From Prorocentrum cordatum (Eukaryota), in contig CAUYUJ010000085.1 of assembly GCA_963575745.1 (NCBI GenBank), forward strand, positions 1 to 64,000: DNA of 64,000 nt, in the 5' to 3' direction. Made by a program: the position numbers and the translations under genes. Under the pieces are notes generated by a model. It was not told where the DNA came from. It saw only the letters and a program-made list of their open reading frames with translations, and made no database searches. This document shows, piece after piece, positions 23,875 through 37,234 of the stretch (within the stretch, counting starts at the first letter, position 1; every line of letters starts with the position of its first letter).

Positions 23875-24079
23875 TTATTGGCCCCAGTAGCTGCCCATTA
23901 CCTAAACGACTGCCTGAATATCTGAGCTCCGGGCTAGACAACGGTGCTACGTATGGTTGGGAGTGGCGTTGGACGAGGCGAGACGGCTTTGCGGTGAAGC
24001 GGCCCGCCTTGACCCCTCCCCCACCCCCACCCCTGGACCTGGACGAGGCCGGTCGCGAGGTGTCCGAAGGTACTTGTTC

Positions 24080-27000
24080 GCCCAAAACGGCCCCAAGCGG
24101 GCCTCAGAGAGCCCACGATGGCGTCCAAGATCGCTCAAGATAGCGCGAGATGCCTCGAGATGGCCCCCAAGATGCTCCAAGACGCCCCAAGACTGCTCCA
24201 AGACGGCTCTAAGTTGCCAAAAGAGCTCCCCAATGATGCCCCCAAGATGCCAAAGCCTTCCAAATTGAGATAATCAGTGTGTTTGGGTTTCTCGCCTTTT
24301 CGCTTCCGATGGCCATACGAAGCAGATAGCTCCAAGATGGCCCAAGAAAGCTCGAAGAGGGGCCCAAGGGAACCCAAGAGGGCTCCCGAGGGGAGAGGCT
24401 GATGAAGGGAGCCACATTATATGAGCGTTGTCGCTTCCGATGGCCATCCGAGGCCTCAAGATGGTTCCCAGATGGCCCAAGAGGGCTCCAAGAGCGCTCC
24501 TAAGGCTCCCAAGAGCGCTTCATGAGGGCCCGAGGGGGCGCCCAGGAGCCCCAGGAGGCCCCAACAGGCGTCCAAGAGGCGTCCAAGAGGCTCCCAAGAG
24601 ACCCCCAAGAAACCCCAAGAAACCCTGCGAGGCAACGGAAACGTTCCAAGAGGCGCCCGGGACCACCAAGAGGCCCCCAAGACGCTCCAGCAGGCCTCCA
24701 CTGGGGGACCCTTCCTCTGTGTGCTGCCCACATCCCTGATCGAGGCAAATCCTCTGAGCATCGTTTCTGGATGGGCTGGTAGGGTTACTTTTGTGTTGCC
24801 AGCCGCAGGCGAGCGCGCCGACGGCGTGTCAAGGTCCGGGCGGGCCGCGCGAGGTCCTAAATTACCTAGCAGGAGCAGGCCTACCGCCGCAACTCAGGCC
24901 GAAACCAGGAAGGGGCCGAGGGGGTGGGGGGCAGTGGGCTGCAGGTTGCCACTGGCCTCAAACGTGCACCGTGCTGGAAACGCGCTGCTGACTGCCAGGG
25001 GCTGCTGACTGCCGGGGGCTGCAGGCTGCCGTATGTGAGTTGAACTGCAAGGACTGGACAACCTCTGCAACTGAGAGGCTGCCAGGGTGGCCCGAACCGT
25101 AAGGCCTGACCCACCAAGTAAACGAACTGAGTGCGCGTGAATTGACCAACCGAAGTTGGAGCGCAGCCAAAATGGCGCGCAGTAGCACCAAAATGTGACC
25201 AGGGTGACGGCAGACAGGTGTACGGACTGCCCAAGATGCCCACAGTGGTCCAGCAGCAGGGCTGGTGGGGTTACTTTTTTTGATTAGCGGCCCGCAAGGA
25301 AAAGTCCACAGGGCGGGGTCACCGAGGCTGGGGCACAGCGCAAGATAAATAGCGCGAGAACGCGCGGACCATGCAAAACCACTGGGCCGATGCCAGCGGG
25401 GGAGAAGCTGCCACAGGTGGACAACCGAAGATTATTTGCAAAATCACTGGGCAGATGCAAGCGGGGGAGAAGCTGCCACCGGTGGACAACAAAAGAACAC
25501 AAGCCAGACCCGCAGGTGGGGAAACCTGGCCGGTGACCGGAAGAAAGAGCGCGAAACGGCAGGCGGCCACAAAGGGCGCGGCAGACAGGGGGGGGGGGAG
25601 GAAAGGAGAACAGGAGGCCTATAGCGCTGCGAACTCAATCACGTTGCACCCAGTGCGCAGACGCCATCGAGCATGGCGATCACTCCCGACATCAACAATG
25701 GGGGGAAGCCACTTGGCACACAGCAAGACTTCCACTGGTGAAGCACGAGGAAGGGCCTTCCAATAGCCTCTGCACCACCAGGGCGGTGACTAAAAACTCC
25801 TCACACAGGGCAGATGCCTGGGTGGGTTATTTTCAGCCGCCCCGCAGGCGCAGGAACCCACAAGGATGCCGCGGAACCAATGCGCATTGAAAACGTGCCC
25901 CCTCGAACCCCAAGGAGGTGGCACGCTCAGTGGCCAGAGCATCCACCAAAGTCAAAAAACAACAATCAGAAAAACCCCACCCCCCCCAAAAACTCAAAAA
26001 CAAAAATCAAAATCCAAATCACAGGGACCGAAAATAATAAGTGGGCGATGCCTAACGGCAAAACGGCCGGGTCCCCCGCGGGCCGGCAACGCGGCCAAGA
26101 CCTTGGGGGGATAAACTCAGTCGACCACACGGGCTACAGCCCACGATGGCTGGTGGGGTTACGCGAAGCGTCTAGAATTGAGCCACAGTTGCGCCCCCGA
26201 GGCAACGATCCTTCTTAAAATCATGCAGCAGTCACGTCCCCGAGGCCAGCAACCCTCGCAAAGTATGCGGCTCTTGCGCCGCCAGGGCAACAATTTCGCA
26301 AATTACTCGCTATTCGCGTCCCCGAGGCCTTTCACCCTTACAAATTGCGCAATTCTTGCGCCCCCGAGGCAAGACATCATCTTCAATTACTCAAGTCGTG
26401 CGTCCCCGAGGGGACAAACCCTTGTAAATTATACCAGGTTCGCGTCCCCGAAGCCAGATTCCTGAGCAAATTCCCAACATTCGCGCCCACGAGGCCACAA
26501 ACCCTCGCAAAGTGCTAGATAGTCGCGTCCCCGAAGCCAGAACCCCGTCGTATGTTACTCAATGTTCGCGCCCCCGAGGCCACAAACCCTAGCAAAGAGC
26601 TCAATGCTTGCGTCCCCGAGGCAACAAACTCTCACGAACTATGCAAGCAAGATGCGCGTCCACGTGGCCATAAACCTTCGCAAATTCGGAAATATTCGCA
26701 TTGCCGAGGCCAAGAATGTTCCAAGGCGCCCGAAGATGATTCCAAGACAGCCCAAAAGGGCCCGAAGCGGCCCCAAGACCGCCACAAGAGGCCTCCTGGG
26801 AGAGCCCCAGGAGGCCAACATCGTCGATATTACATACTGTGTTTGAATGAGTGTGGGGTTCTCGCATGTTCGGCTTCCCGACGCTCGAAGATGGCTTAAG
26901 AAGCTTCCAAGACAGCCGAAGACGCTTCCAAGAGGGCCCCAAGACGGCCCAAGATGGCTCCAAGATGGCCCAAGAAGCGTTCAGAGAAGCCCCGAGAAGC

Positions 27001-28550
27001 CCCCAGGAGGCCCCAAGAGGCCCCAAGAAGCGCCCAAGACGCGCCAAAGTGGCCTCAAGAGCTCCCTCTCAACCTCTTCCTCCGCCTCCTCCTGATCTTC
27101 CCCGCCATCCTCCCCCAAATGTTCCCTGAAGGGTTTCCACAACGGCTGGGGGAACACATGGTCCGATAGCTTGGGCTCTTGCCACAATGCTCGGCCACAT
27201 GGGCGATTCTAGAAGGCAAGGGGCGGCGGTGATTCGCAGTAGGCATCTTCGATCTGCCGCCCACTGTTGATTCATCACAGGGATGCCTGGCGTGCTGGAT
27301 CCTTTCGGTTTTGGTTTTGGTACTATTTCCACAAGCACTCTCCCCTGGGGTTCCGGCCCAGCCCGCTGGCCACCCGGAAGGACCTAAAAGTGATCGCAAG
27401 ACCGGGTTGCAAAGGGCTTTCTTCTCCATGCGGTTCCGAGATGGCCCACGATGGGCTCCAAGACGGCTACGATGGCCCTCGAGTTTGTCAAAATGGTCCA
27501 AGATGACCTCCAAGACGCCCCGACAAGGCTCACGTTGCCTCCAAGTCCGCCCAAGAAGCTTCGAAAACGGTCCAAGCGGGCCCAAAGAGGCCCCCCAAGA
27601 GGCCCCCAAGACGGCCCAAGAGGCCTCCAAGAGGGCCTCCAGGAAGGCCCGAAGAGGCCAAGTTCATTGATTGCCCTTAGGTCTCAGGTGCTTAAAGGAT
27701 GTTGGCATTTGCTCTTGTTAGGCGTGCCGACGGCCCGAGACGGCCCAAGAGCTCCAAAAGATCGCCCCAAGGCCACCAAGATCGGCCAAGAGGCACCAAG
27801 AAAGACGCCCCAGAAACGCCTCAGAGGCCAAGACCGCCCCAGGAAGGGCTCCAAGACGGGCCGATAGACGTCATTGAATTGAGGGCACATGAAAAGTATG
27901 GTGTGCACAAGAGTATGAGAAGAGGAAGGGAGAGTGGGAGGTGTTATAACAGTGGAACACATGGAGAGGGGCCTGTCATCCAAGGATTAAAGGAAGACGT
28001 CCCTGAAGCGCCCCAAGAGCGGGCCCCCCAGTCTGCCCGCAGATGCCCCCAAGTCCGACGGCGCCAGACGGCCACACAAAAAGGAAAACATATATAACGA
28101 AGAAAAAAAATCAATCACAAAAACTTGCCAGTACCACACGTAACAGGATACTTCCCCGACAAATACATCAGACCAACCAGACCGCCCCAAGATGGCCCAA
28201 GATGGCCAAGACGCGCCCCTGCAGCCCAGATGCCACCCCAGTCACTTCCCACAGCCCTCCGAGAGGTCCTCCAGGAGGCCCCGACGAGGCCAACATCACT
28301 GATGCCCCCCAGGTTGTTGAAGGATTGTGGCAATTGCTCTCGCTATGCCTTCCGACGGCCCAAGAGGGCCCTAGAGGCCACCAACATCGCCCCAGAGCGC
28401 CCAAGAGGCCCCCAAGATGGCCCCAGAACGGCCCATGTTGCCCCCAAGACGGCCCCAAGAGGGCCCAAAGACGGCCCAAGTGGCCTCCAACACGCCCAAG
28501 AAAGTCCCCAAGACGGCCCTGGAGCATTCCAAAAGGGCTCCTAGTCGACA
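24080..28550 (+). repeat. Composite repeat block: CCAAGA-rich modules, ccccgaggc tandem array (26190-26720), 65-bp tandem duplication (25371/25436)
   Basis: Recurrent ggcccaaga/ctccaaga; near-duplicate MQNHWADASGGEAATGGQ frames 65 nt apart. Confidence 0.8.
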
Positions 28551-28555
28551 CAGAC

Positions 28556-29141
28556 TGCTATGGCCCCGCTAGACCCACTGCCCTGAGATCTGCTCTCCTC
28601 CCCTCTATATCTCTATTGTTCTCTCTCTCTCTCGTTCTCTCTTTCTTTTTTTCTTTATTTCTCTCTCTCTCTCTCTCTCTCTTTTTCTCTCTCGAAATGG
28701 CAACGCGTTGGTATCACTGATGCTGGTGGCAAGCGCGAGGGTGCTCGCGCGATTGTGATGAAAGGGAGCTGTTACGGTTGCGGGCCAGCTTGCAATCCTG
28801 CGCCTCGCAGGCGCACGCCAGGAGTCCAGCGACAGTGCGTCGCTGCAAAGGCTTGCGCCAAGTGCCAAGACGTGTTCGGTAGCAACGTCTTGGGAAAACT
28901 TGAAAATACATGATGAGACCCTGGGGCCTGAGGGCTCTACGAGGGCTCTTGGGGATACCACTCAGCATGGCTAGGCTGCAAACGAAGTTTGGAACACGAT
29001 GCCCCGTGAAACGCGGATATGTGTAAACGGGGGCGCCCAGTGAGCCCAGACATGCACGCAGGTGAAAGCTCACACTCGGCCTCCAGAGGCCATCTGCCGC
29101 AAGAAGGCTCTAGTCAGGCAGGCTCCGGGCTGCGAGTTACA
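28556..29141 (-). repeat. 3' LTR
   Basis: Shares ccactgccctgagat, gctgttacggttgcgggccagct, acacgatg..ccgtgaaacgcggatat and ggctctagtcaggcaggctc with 37235-38022; TG...CA ends. Confidence 0.85.
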
Positions 29142-29489
29142 TGCCCAAACATAGGAATCGATGTTGCGACATCGAGGCGCGCCGCTGACCCCTGCATTCA
29201 CTGAAAGCACAAAGCGGGGGCGCGGTCTTACCGAACCCCGCAAGGCCACGTGTCCGGCAGGGCACAACTGCTCGCAGGGATTGTCGCGGGCGAAGTAGAC
29301 GAAGACCTCCAGCATCGCATCTCCGTCATCATCGGACACGGGTTTGCCATGGTCGAGCTTGTCCATGCCTGCGGTCTGGCATTTCCTGGCACTGCGTTGG
29401 AAAGGATCACCCACCAATCTCCAGCGCTGCCCTGCTCTGAAAAAACTTGGTCCAACCGTCGGCTAGCACAGCGTAGTTGCTGTGGACCC

Positions 29490-30900
29490 ACCGCATATGG
29501 AGGGCCGTCAGCTCCAATTGCTGTCGGATGTCAAGACACTCGATCTTCGTTGTTTCATCGCGCAGCCCAAGGCCAGCCGACTCACACTTCTCGATCGCGC
29601 AATAGCCCGATGTCCCGCTTCAGGCTGAGATGGCATCGTTTTCGCGCTGCTCGGAAGTCCACTGGGCCGCACACTAGCTTGCGTATGCAAAACCGCGGGT
29701 TGCTGATCTCGTCCAAAGTCCCAGTCATCATCTGGACCTCCGAAATCTCACTGCTTCTGGCCACGCGAAGCAACTTGCAGGATCTGTATGAAATAGGCGC
29801 CGCAGTCTCCGCCGAACCGCTGAGTAAGGACAACGGGGCCAGAACGGTTGTCCGCCTTGGGACTCGCCGGTCGCTCTCACTGCCCAGGCCGCGTCACCCC
29901 AGCCAACCGCGGCGATCTGGTCGACGGCCGGAATGAGCGCGACCACGTCGGCAGTGTTGCGCATGGTGCAGATCAGCGCGTTAATCGTCTGGATGGTTGA
30001 GACCGCGGCCGTCGGAGTCCTGGCATGGAGCAAAGATACTTATGCACTGAACCACGGGGCCGACTGCTGCGCGCGCCATCCGAGTGCACCAAGTCGGCCT
30101 CGCAGGCCCGATCGCTCCTTACCCGAACCCCCCCCCGTGGGTCTTCGGCCACGTCGTACCTTGTTGGGTTCCACGTTCAGGCTGTAGTTGTCCTGAGCGG
30201 GGCTGCAACTGAAATCGTCTGACTGTCGGATACTGATGCCGCGCTGGACGAAGGCGCGGCTCTCCCAGGGCGTCCACTCTTCTGGATATCCTTACGCTTC
30301 TCGTGGGAGGCCAGGCTCGTCTGGTCAGCAGCGATCATCATATCATCGACGCGTAGGATTACCATGCCAACCAGCTTGTCAACGTCGCAGAAAACCCAGA
30401 AGCAGGGCTCGCACTGAGCAGCCTCCAGCTCGAGCTTCTTGAGCGCGTCTAGGAAGTGGAGCCACCACTTGCGAAGAGCGTGTAAGAATCCGCACACTGG
30501 CTTGAACAACTGCAAGGCCCGGTAGTCGTCCACGCCGAATGCCTGGCGGACATATCCCGGAGGGGCCGCGTAGAGATTACTCTTCTCCTTGTCGGCCTCC
30601 CCCTGGAGGAAGGCCGTCACTGCGTCTGCTTTCTTCAGCTTCCACTTGCGTCAGGCTGCCATGGCCAATAGAAAATGACGCGCCCGTCGCGAAGCGACGG
30701 GGGGCTCCGTCTGGAGGCGGAGCAAGCCGGGGTCGATGAAGCCGAGCATGACCAGTCTAGCCGCGCCTCGGAAAACGCCGCCTTGCCCCAAGCCAAGCCT
30801 CGTTCCAAGTCGAGCCTTGGCCCAGCAAGCCGGGGTCGACGAAGTCGAGCCGTGTTCCAGGTCGGCACGAAGCGGCAGCGAAGGAGGAGCGCTCCTGCTG
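29490..30900 (-). pseudogene. Copia RT + RNase H remnants
   Basis: RT: ARLVMLGFIDP, TAFLQG, LFKPVCGF..RKW, EPC, LRVDD. RNase H: KLLRVARSSEISEVQ. Confidence 0.85.
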
Positions 30901-31849
30901 AGCCTCGAGTAGCAGCTTCTTCTCCTCTGCGGTCGCCTTCTGGATGGAGACCCCCACTCGGCCCTCGCGGGCCTCAGATGCCACGAAGTTGCTGGGGTCG
31001 CACATGTACGCCATGAGCGCGTGCTCGCATTTGAAGGGGATGTCCAGAACGATGAGCTCATTATCCTCCTTGGCCTCATCGCACTACTGGGCGCTGTAAG
31101 CGCGCGCGTAGTCCCCGTAGAAATCTCCCTCCTGCAAGAAGTACAAGAAAGCCACCAGGGTGGTAGCGTCGACCAGTTGCGTCCTGACAGGTGGCCCTGG
31201 CGACCCCGGGGCTTGCCGATGACGCTTGTTGTTGGCATCAGGCGCCGTCGCCTCTTTCAGGTCCTCCTCGTCCGTGTCCACGGTAATACGGCGCCGGGAA
31301 GCGCGACCCCCCTGGTCGTCTATTGGAGGGGCCTCCACGATGATCTCTTCTTCAGGCACTCCAGCTTTTTCGCCGGGCTGACGAAGGCCCGGTGGAACCT
31401 CTGGCGTTGCTGGATGGATAACAAGGTCTGGATCCGCGCTCGCGGCGAGCCAAGGGCTTCCCTTACGTCGCACCCTCCTAGGCAGTTTCGGCCCGAATAT
31501 AAGAAGTCCTTCGAGTCCAGTAGTGGCCGAAGGCAAGCTGCCACCTCCGCCACCTCCTGGCCCAAGGCGCTGAGGTTCTCCCGGGGGGGGGGGCCGTAGA
31601 TCGTTGTCCTCGTCGATTGCCCAAGGCCCGCTCGGATTGCCCGCGAGGGCGCGGGCGCTGACCGACTCGCCGTCGCCCGTTGCAAGGTCCTCGCCTGTCG
31701 GCGGGGGCCCGTTGGACAGGTCAATCATCTCGTTGGCGTCGAGATGCTTCTGGACCTCTCCAAAGGCCCATGTCCCAGGATGCTCGCGGCGCGAGCGCAG
31801 GGGATCCATCGCCTCCTCCGACGGGGTGGCCGGTCGAAGCTGCTCTGGA

Positions 31850-32900
31850 GCCACCAGGTAGGAGGCGACCAGCCAACGCGATGTTGACCAAGGCCCCTGG
31901 CAGGCCAGGTCGATATCCAGAGCTCGCAGGCTCGCGACTCAGAACTGGCCCAGGGCCGCACCAGTGGCATCGCCCCAATATGGAGCGAGACTGCCCTTTC
32001 TTCCGCCGGGCTCCTGGTGGGAGCCGCCTGCGCACGAAGACCAGGTCACCAGTCTCGTACTTTCTGAAGGACCTGGACCTAGGCGCCTCGGCTCGCTCGT
32101 CGCGGTCCGAAAAATTCCGCCTGGATGTGTGCCAGTCTCGACAGTCGTCGTACTTGAGCGTCTCTGCTGAAGGTGCCGTCCAACAGTTCGGTGCTGACGA
32201 GAGGCAGGTTGCGCGGCTCGTCGGACAAGTTGACGGCGGTGCCCGTCGGCGTCCGACCCGCGCACCGTTGAAGCGGGCTGAAACCGTCGATCCGGATCAG
32301 GTCGTTCCTCGCCGCGGTCTCGCCAGTCGGCACCTTGGCAGAGACCGTCTCAGCCAAGGCGTCGAGTGCCTCCTTGAAAGCCTCGGTCGCGCGCTCGATC
32401 TTGCCGATCCGCCAGCGGGCGTCGGCGGCTAAGGAGAGGCAGTAGTTGCCCAGACCCTCGGCCCACTCCCGGGTCGCGGCGCATGGCCTTTGGGCGCCCC
32501 ATCCAGGGGAAGCCACTTTTTAGCGAAGATATGTCGGGGGGTCTCCTGCGCGCACTTGTCGAGTCTGTCCTGGAGCCCCCCTCTCGTCGATCAGCCTCGC
32601 GTAGAGGATGCCGGAGCCAGCGCCAAGGACCGACAGCGCCATCGCGCTCGCGTTCGTACCGCGTCGGGTCCACGAGATGGCCTCGACGAGCACTTCGTGA
32701 CCGTTCTGGGGCTGCTCGACCGATGACGCAGGGGGCCGCGTCGTGGGTCGGTGAGCATCGTAGATGCCGCACTTAAAGTTCAGGGCCAACAGCAGCACCT
32801 TTGGTCTAGCGCCTCGATCTCGACGGTATCGAAGTAGGTGAGCCCGAGGTAGGTGTCCAAGGTTGGCATGGATCAACCTGACGTCGCTCCCGAGCTTATG
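31850..32900 (-). pseudogene. Copia integrase remnant
   Basis: IHANLGHLPR..RGA..NFKC (HHCC finger); core fragments GKIERA..FK and ARNDLIRIDGFSPLQ. Confidence 0.75.
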
Positions 32901-35249
32901 GATCGTCTCGTTGGCGAGGTCGTGGATGCCTCTGCCGTCCTTCCGTCGTCGATCGGCAGGCGGCTGCCGCGTGGCAGCCAGGCAGTGGCAGCGCACAACC
33001 TCATCCTCGAAGTAGTTGGGGTTCTAGCTCTTCGTCAGAGCTCCGAGGGTCTTGCAGCGCAGCGTCTTAGGGTAGTTTCCCGGCGCATCCTTGCGCGGGC
33101 TGCTCTCGATCTCCTTGTGATAATGGTCTCCGCGGCACTGCGCGGGCTGGAGAGTAATCCAGATCCCCTTGTCCTTCGTCTGGAACTTCCAGCGCTTCCT
33201 CATGAGCCCCCCAGCATTTGGAGCTCCGAGTCCACGCGAGAAGCCGTCAACAATGACCTTGGATGGGAGTGCGCTGCGAAGACCCTTCCAGCAGGTCCTC
33301 TGCCGCGAACGGTCGTCGTGGGAGTGCTCTGCGAGGGCCAAGCCGCGCGCGTTTAGAGCCCGATGTTCGCGTGCCATTACTTAAGATCACGTGGCGCTTA
33401 GCCCTCTTCTTGCGAAGGTAGCTATCCTGCTGCTCGTTGCGCTGGTTGACGTGCTGCGTAATCGACCAAGGCCCGTCCGCAGGGTGGAGCGCTGACGCAG
33501 ATCTCTGGGCGCTTCTCGCCAAGTAGGAACTTCGCCTTGCGATCGCTCGCAACGGTAGCCTTTCTTGTTGCACACCTGGCCAAGGTTCGAGCCCAGGTGG
33601 GCGCGGGCCTCCACCGCCGCCAAGCGGCCGGAAGACGCGAGGGAGCACATGGCCCCGAACAGAGCCGATATTGTCGAGCGGGCAGCTGCCCAGATAGCCC
33701 GACGCCGATGACCCGTCAAAGGGCGGCTGCCGTCGCCGAGCCAGCGCGTCCCCCTGCACCGCGCGTCGCCCAGGCCTCCTGAGTCGCGCGCGCTCGGCGG
33801 CGCCACCCGCGGGGCCTCACCTTCGCGATTGGCTCGCGCATTGCGACGCCCCCTCTGCAAGCAACGAGGGCGCTGGCACTCCTGAGCGCAATGGGCCGCG
33901 ATGGCCGGCTCCGCGACTGCGGAAGCCGCCTCCATCTCTTTGATCTCCACCCCCTTCTTGATCTTGATCGCCGGGGCCGCCGCCCCGCGCTGCTCGATTA
34001 CGGGCGCGATGGCGCGGTCGATCACCTCCTCCTTGTTCCCTGCATGGACCAGCCCCCAGCTCCTGCGCAGGGGCCTGAGGTGGTTGGGCATCGTGACGAT
34101 GCTGCGCTGCTCGCGAATCTGCTCCGAGCTGAGCGCCGCCGACGCAGTCAGCTCCGCAACTTGGTCAAGAAATCTGACTTTGCGCTCTCGATGGCGTCGC
34201 GCAACTTCCTGTTCTGCTGGATCGGCGCGGCCGAGGCGGCCGACTCCTTTGCCTCCCGGCGCGACGGACTGCGAGTCTCGAGCTTCGCCTGATGTCCAAG
34301 CTCCGCCGGTCAGGTCGGGCACCGAGTGGGCAGCAGCTGCACCAGCAGGTCGACGCTGCCCAGCTTCCACTTCTCGAGATACACTGTCTTCAAGAAGGTC
34401 TCTAGCATGAGTCGCGCCGGCGGCGCGTCGCCCTCGATAGCAGCTTCTCGCAGACCCACATCTCCCAGAAAGGTAGGTGCTCCAGTAAGAACATCTCCGA
34501 CAGCCGCGTCATGTCCCTGCCCTGCTCTGGGCCCGCAGGTGGCAGCCCCCCCCGCGCCCGCGGCTCCATCTCCTCGTTGTCTCTCCACTTGCTGGCCCTC
34601 TGCTTTGAAGCATATCGTCTCGCGGTTGAGGCTCGCGCAGAGATGGGAGATATGAAGACTGCTGAGAACTGAGCTCCTCGCTCGACTCGTTTGCGCCGAA
34701 ACTGGCGATGGAACATGATGGCGCCGCGGCCCGGTGCTTGATCAGCGCGGGGACCTCGGGAACGACCTCAGGAGGTTGACCAGGCCATGGCCTTTAGCGG
34801 GCCGGAGTTGGTGACAATGATGCCTGGGGAGCAGGTAAAAATCATGTCGCCGCAGGCGCGGGCAATGATGACATGCCCGCGGGCGCGGGCAACGACGATG
34901 TCCCCGCAGCTGTAGGCGCTGACGATGCCCCTGTGGCTGCGGGCAACGATGTCCGGGGGCCTGGCGGGGCCCCAATTGCGGGGGTCTCATCTGGGAGCGC
35001 TTGGGGGGCATCGGCAGGAGCACCTGGGCGTTCGCTGTCAATCGGCTGCTTGTTCTCGCATTTTCCCTCCTGCACCGGAGCAGTCTCGGGCGTCGGGGGC
35101 GCGCGCCCCCAGCTGAGGATGGCCACGAAGCGGCAAGTCGGCATGCGATGCAAGTGGCTGCGCAGGGTGGCCGCTCGGAAGGGCGAGCAGCCGCGCTCGG
35201 CGCCCGAGCTTCTCGAAGTAAGCAGCGCGCGCCGCGCAGTCGATCGCGG

Positions 35250-37175
35250 CTCCCGGGCGGCTCGAGACACCACCCCAACTCAGCAGCGGAGCGTCGGCGC
35301 CCAGGATGTCGGTCTCGAGCTCGCCCTCCGCGCCGGCTATCTCCAGCGGAAAGGTGGCCTTGCCGTTGCAGGTCTCGGAGTTGACGTCGCCGAAGATTTA
35401 AGGTTGACTTCTGGCCGACGATAATATTGACGTTCCTGCCTGTCTGCTCATAGACGGTGCCTGGCAGCTTCTCGGCGGCCTATATGCCCGCGATGCTGGA
35501 GGCAGCGCCGATGTCCAGAATGCCGGAGCCCTCGGAGCCAGACTGCTTCACGCCCGTGCGCATCCACTCTTCGCCCTGCTCCAAGGTCACCCAGACGGGC
35601 GAGGTCACCAGACGATCAGAACGCGGATCCCGGTCGAGGTATCGTAGATCGCCTCGTCGCGCCCGGTCAGATGGGCCCCCATCTCCGCGCCTCGCTGAGC
35701 GCTGAAGAAGTCGAAGCTCGAGAAAGCCTTCTTCGGTCGATCTCGACCCCCTCGGCTGCCGGCGGATGAAACTCGGTCTCGGTGGTCTTTCGTATTACCT
35801 CCACATTTCAAGCGCAGGCCCTTCTATGCGGGACGCGAGCGGTCACTACTCTTGGAACTCGGTCGATCACGTCGCTGTCCGTCGACGCGCCCTCGCCCCG
35901 TGGAAAACCAAGAGCCTCGGGATGCCATTCGAGGTCCATGGGGCTTCTCGTCGCGCGGGCTGCGCATCCACTGGGAAGGAAGTCCTCGCCGTCTTCACTC
36001 GACGAAGCAGGTCCCGAGCCTGCTCGAACCAAAAAAACAATAAAAAAAAGAAAAAAAGCAAAAAAAAAAAACAACGACAAAATAAGGAAAAAAAAAAAAA
36101 AAACAAAAAAAAAAAAAAAAAAAAAAAAACCAAAAATAAAAATAATAAAAAAAAAAAAAAAAACCAAAAAAAGCTGCGCTGCTGAGCTGCGAAGGCGGTC
36201 TCGGCCTCCTCTATCGCTGGGTAGAGGGGCTCCTCGGGATCTTTGGATCTTCCTCCGGCTGGGTATCGTAGGACGTGTTCGAATCGTCGTAGTAGCCATA
36301 GCCATGCTGAACTTCATCTTCGTCATCTTCCTGATCCCCGCCGGCCCGGACCCTGCCACGATCCGGGCGGCAGTGATCTTTGCCCTGGTTATTGTCGCGA
36401 TTCGTCGAGTCGCCATCTGGCCAGGATACTCGAAACTGCTCCGAAGCTCTCGCAGTCGAGGTTACCCTCCACAACACTGATCACTGCTGCACGCTCGGTC
36501 GGGGACAGTCTGGATCTTTGCAGCAGTAACCACCCACGGAGCTGGTCGATGGGGAACCGCCCGGTTAAAATCGGTTCCGAAATCGGCATGCTCCAGAATT
36601 TCCTGGAGCCCCGTCCTGATGAAGCTCCAGAGCTTGAGGTTCAGCTCTCTCGCTTTGTCGGCAGGAGTCCTCGGGGCCCTCGAGCAAGATCTCATGGAGG
36701 AATCAATGCATCTCTGTGTAGACGTCGTTCCAATCCGTCGCCCGTTTGGCGAGACGCTGATGTCTCTGTTTCTCGAAATATTCGGTGGCAAATCCGTTGA
36801 CCAAGTCGTGATAGGTTTCGTAATCGCGGCGGACAAAGGACGGCATAACAAGAGTCGCGTCGTAGATCGAATACCAATCTGGCCAAATACTTCCCAGCGT
36901 CCTGGATGGGCTGCGCTCCGAGCATTGCGCGGACGTGTCTGGGCAACTCAATGGCGCCATCGTCCTTCTAGATGCGGTCCCAATCAACGTGCATGGCGGC
37001 CTGTCTAGCTCGTCGCCCGAGTCGTCTCCAGAGTCTGTGGCCGAACACATTTCGTTTGTCACGCCTGGTCCCGCGGATAGAGGCCTTGGCGTCTCGCTCG
37101 TAATCGCTCACCTTGGTGAAGTCTCCGTTCCACTCCAATACAATGTCATCTCCAATGCTGCGTTTCGCCATTGTG
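35250..37175 (-). pseudogene. Copia gag + aspartic protease remnants
   Basis: VLEWNGDF..GHRLWRRLG, QLRGWLLLQRSRLSPTERAAV, degenerate knuckle KCGG..DH, protease GILDIGA at ~35505-35525. Confidence 0.65.
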
Positions 37176-37221
37176 TCGTAGCACGCTGTGCTCCGTGAAT
37201 ATGTTGCCCATGGAGCTTCAC

Positions 37222-37234
37222 AGCTCCGCAACCA
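37222..37234 (-). promoter_or_regulatory. Primer-binding site TGGTTGCGGAGCT
   Basis: TGG (complement of tRNA CCA) lies immediately inside the 5' LTR. Confidence 0.7.
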
